In this document: one piece after another, positions 61,667-64,000 of the stretch | Layout: the number at the start of each line of letters is the position of its first letter | Position numbering within the stretch: position 1 is the first letter of the stretch | NCBI RefSeq assembly: GCF_001447785.1 | Contig: NW_015177022.1 | Span: 978,654 to 1,042,653, forward strand | Direction: 5' to 3' | Length of the DNA: 64,000 nt | Origin: Gekko japonicus | Taxonomy: Eukaryota | Notes under the pieces: model-generated | Database searches by the model: none | Seen by the model: the letters and a program-made list of their open reading frames with translations, nothing else | Told to the model about the DNA's origin: nothing | Program-made: the position numbers and the translations under genes

Positions 61667-61802
61667 GGCTGCAATCACACACACAAAATAATCCACTTTC
61701 AATCTACTTTCAATACACTTTCCAACTGAATTTTGCCAGTTCACTAAAACCCAGTTGGAAAGTGCATTGAAAGTGGATTATTCAGTATGTGTGATCGCAG
61801 CC
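61667..61802. mobile_element. Short palindromic MITE (Harbinger-like)
   Basis: ggctgcaatcacaca..ataatccactttcaat..ctttccaactg mirrored by cagttggaaag..attgaaagtggattat..tgtgtgatcgcagcc. Confidence 0.8.
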
Positions 61803-63442
61803 TTAGACTTCAGTGCGTAGGCACAAAGCTGATCACAGTGTAGTGCTTGCAACAACCTTTGCTGGGGAGCATTAAGGCAATCCGACCAGGAGTTTGCCTG
61901 TTGCGTAACTGGGAGAGTTCGAGCAGAGTAGGTTCGCCTGGAGATCGTGTTTGCCATGAAGTTCTCAGCACACATAATTGAAATTGACACCTGTTTTTTT
62001 TGTGTCAGTTGTTTATAAATGGCATAAAATGGTATATAACATATACTACTCCAGCATCTAAATGTTGTCAAACAAACAAACAAATGAAAAGGGGAAAATT
62101 GCCAAGTGAAATTAGTGGCATGAAAATCATCTTCCTAATCATGTACAAAAATGAACTGGGGGGGGGGGAATGCATATTTGGACATCCTCAGGTGCTCCTG
62201 AACACACCTCTGGGATTACAGACCTGGATTTCCATACCAGAAAGTGTAGCTTTCAGAGAGAACTGACCCCCCCCCTTCCAGCACATCTCTGCTTTGCTCC
62301 TTATTAGAGGAAAAAAATGGCATTGCATTTATGAACAGTGCTTCGTTCTTAGCTCATTCCCCTTTTACAAAATCTCTCTTTGAACACCCTTTCTTCTCCC
62401 CCTTTCATTATTCCAATCTTGCTCCGTTTTTATTCTTTTGCCCGTGTATATTTTCTACCCCAGCAACTGAAATCTTTAAGGGTAGCTTTTAATCTGATCT
62501 TTGGAAAACAATAGCAAGCATGCATACAACGCCCCCACCCCCAAATCTTTGCAAGAGCAAAAGGTTATCATCCATTATTCTTTTTTGAAAAGGGAAGAGG
62601 TAACAAGGGTATGTGTGTGTGGGGGGGTTGGAAATGGACGGTATTTGACATTATGGTTATAATTTAAAATTGCACAGCCTACAGCCCACAAAAACAGAGC
62701 ATGTAATTACACACTTACTAGAGGTAACAGCAGTACTGATAATTATTCTTTACACAAGAGGATCCTTCTGATATCCCAGAGTCAGGAAGTGGGAGCTACA
62801 ATATCTTTAATACCATCCTTAGAGACCCTCGTAAGCAGAGGAGAAGTATGAGAAAACACACAGGGTCCAGAGCAATAACTTCATTGCGCCAGAATGTCAG
62901 GGGCTTTAGTGCAGGAGAAATCAATAGTTTCAAGTACATTTTTTTAAAGGTACAATATTTTTTATGACCCTAACCAGAGAACATACAGCACAGCCAGAGG
63001 TATGTGAAACATCCTGAAATATACCATTTCTCCACCACCCCAGACAACCAGCTGTGATGAGCAATGCATTCTACAGCAAGGATGTGCTAACTATCATGGA
63101 GCTGTGGCAATTTTGGGCATTTATTTGGAGCTAAATTGTTGTGACATTGACAAGGAGAGAAAGACTGAGGGGGGGGGGACAGGTGGGAAGAGAGAAGAGA
63201 CAGGAGAGGTCAGGGCTGTTTTATCGGACCAAGGGCTGAAGCATAATTTCTCTCAGCCCGATATAAACTTAAATATCCCCCCACCACCACCACTAAATGT
63301 TCACATACCACAATACAATCTCTGGGATCATGAAAGAAGATTTTGTATTTCATTTCTGAAAGAACATAAATAAAGCATATCCTGGTGATAACAAATTGAA
63401 ATCAGATCCAGAGAAAATGGAGCTGCTGTGGGTAGGTAGGAG

Positions 63443-63625
63443 GGTTGCCAACTGGTATGGAGAAAAATCTTCTGCCCCTTAATAGAGGCTTAATGGGATG
63501 TCAGTTACTTGGTGATTTTATTTACCTTCATGCCATGAAAAGCATCAGCGGCCTGTTTGCCCATGTTAAGCCTCTACTAAAGGAATAGGATTTTTTCCCC
63601 CCTTCAGGCCTGTTACCAACTCTGG
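63443..63625. mobile_element. AGGGTTGCCA-terminated short MITE
   Basis: Homologous to about 11060-11235 and 11590-11738 (gcttaatgggat..tgccatgaaaagc..aagcc.ctattaa). Confidence 0.6.
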
Positions 63626-63964
63626 TTGTAGATGAACTTGATCTGGGAATAGGTGTTCAGTTGGCACTGGATACTCCCTGAAGGGGCAGGTTGGGCATGA
63701 TCCTGAATGCCTCATTGACCCCGGAGCCCCAAAGGAGAGAAGAAGCCAGGAGTGCCTTTTTACAGCCCAGGTTGGTTTGCCACCTGCAGACATATAGAAT
63801 AATTGAATCATAGAGTCGGAAGTTACCTCCAGGGTCATCTAGTCCAACCCCTTGCATAATACAGGAAATTCACAAGTACCCCCCCACCCCCACCCCCAGT
63901 GACCCCTGCTCTATGCCAAGAAGGAGGGGGGACCCTCCAGGATCCCTGGCCAAACTGGCCTGGA

Positions 63965-64000
63965 CAGGGCTCTTTTTGTAGAAAAAGCCCAGCAGGAACT
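63965..64000 (+). mobile_element. Start of another hAT MITE related to 1691-2032 (cut by the window edge)
   Basis: cagggctctttttgtagaaaaag..ggaact parallels caggggtcatttcgtagaaaaag..ggaact. Confidence 0.6.

Noticed and set aside
1-64000. CRISPR arrays, operons, endogenous viral genes or known microRNA genes
   Set aside because: Eukaryotic repeat landscape; no regularly spaced repeat-spacer array, no viral protein motifs, and no conserved mature miRNA recognised by eye (a miRBase/Rfam scan would be decisive)

Overview
Repeat-rich vertebrate nuclear DNA, almost certainly from a squamate reptile and probably a gecko, judged from BovB/RTE, L2, CR1 and L1 fragments, Sauria, 5S-derived and MIR/Squam3-like SINEs, Penelope-like remnants and many hAT/Harbinger MITEs. 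It has three short N gaps. I see no intact protein-coding gene: the long ORFs in the track are LINE reverse-transcriptase remnants or GC-rich MITE artefacts. The main non-repeat structure is a probable decayed multi-exon gene (unprocessed pseudogene) on the minus strand at about 8.7-26.2 kb. About 11-13 exon-sized blocks have mostly canonical splice signals and several phase-compatible junctions, and they encode E/K/Q/L-rich, coiled-coil-like peptide broken by stops, frameshifts and an RTE insertion. I could not name the gene. The 33-63 kb portion looks intergenic, with several repeat-free motif clusters that resemble developmental enhancers (PBX-HOX/MEIS, GATA, GATA/FOX, T-box). Also notable are a young hAT MITE family carrying an octamer-octamer-KLF cassette with interchangeable internal cargo, Penelope-derived fold-backs with degenerate hammerhead-ribozyme cores, two solo LTRs and several nested insertions with readable target-site duplications (TSDs). 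I found nothing I can honestly call a proven new biological system. All family assignments come from manual recognition, not database searches.
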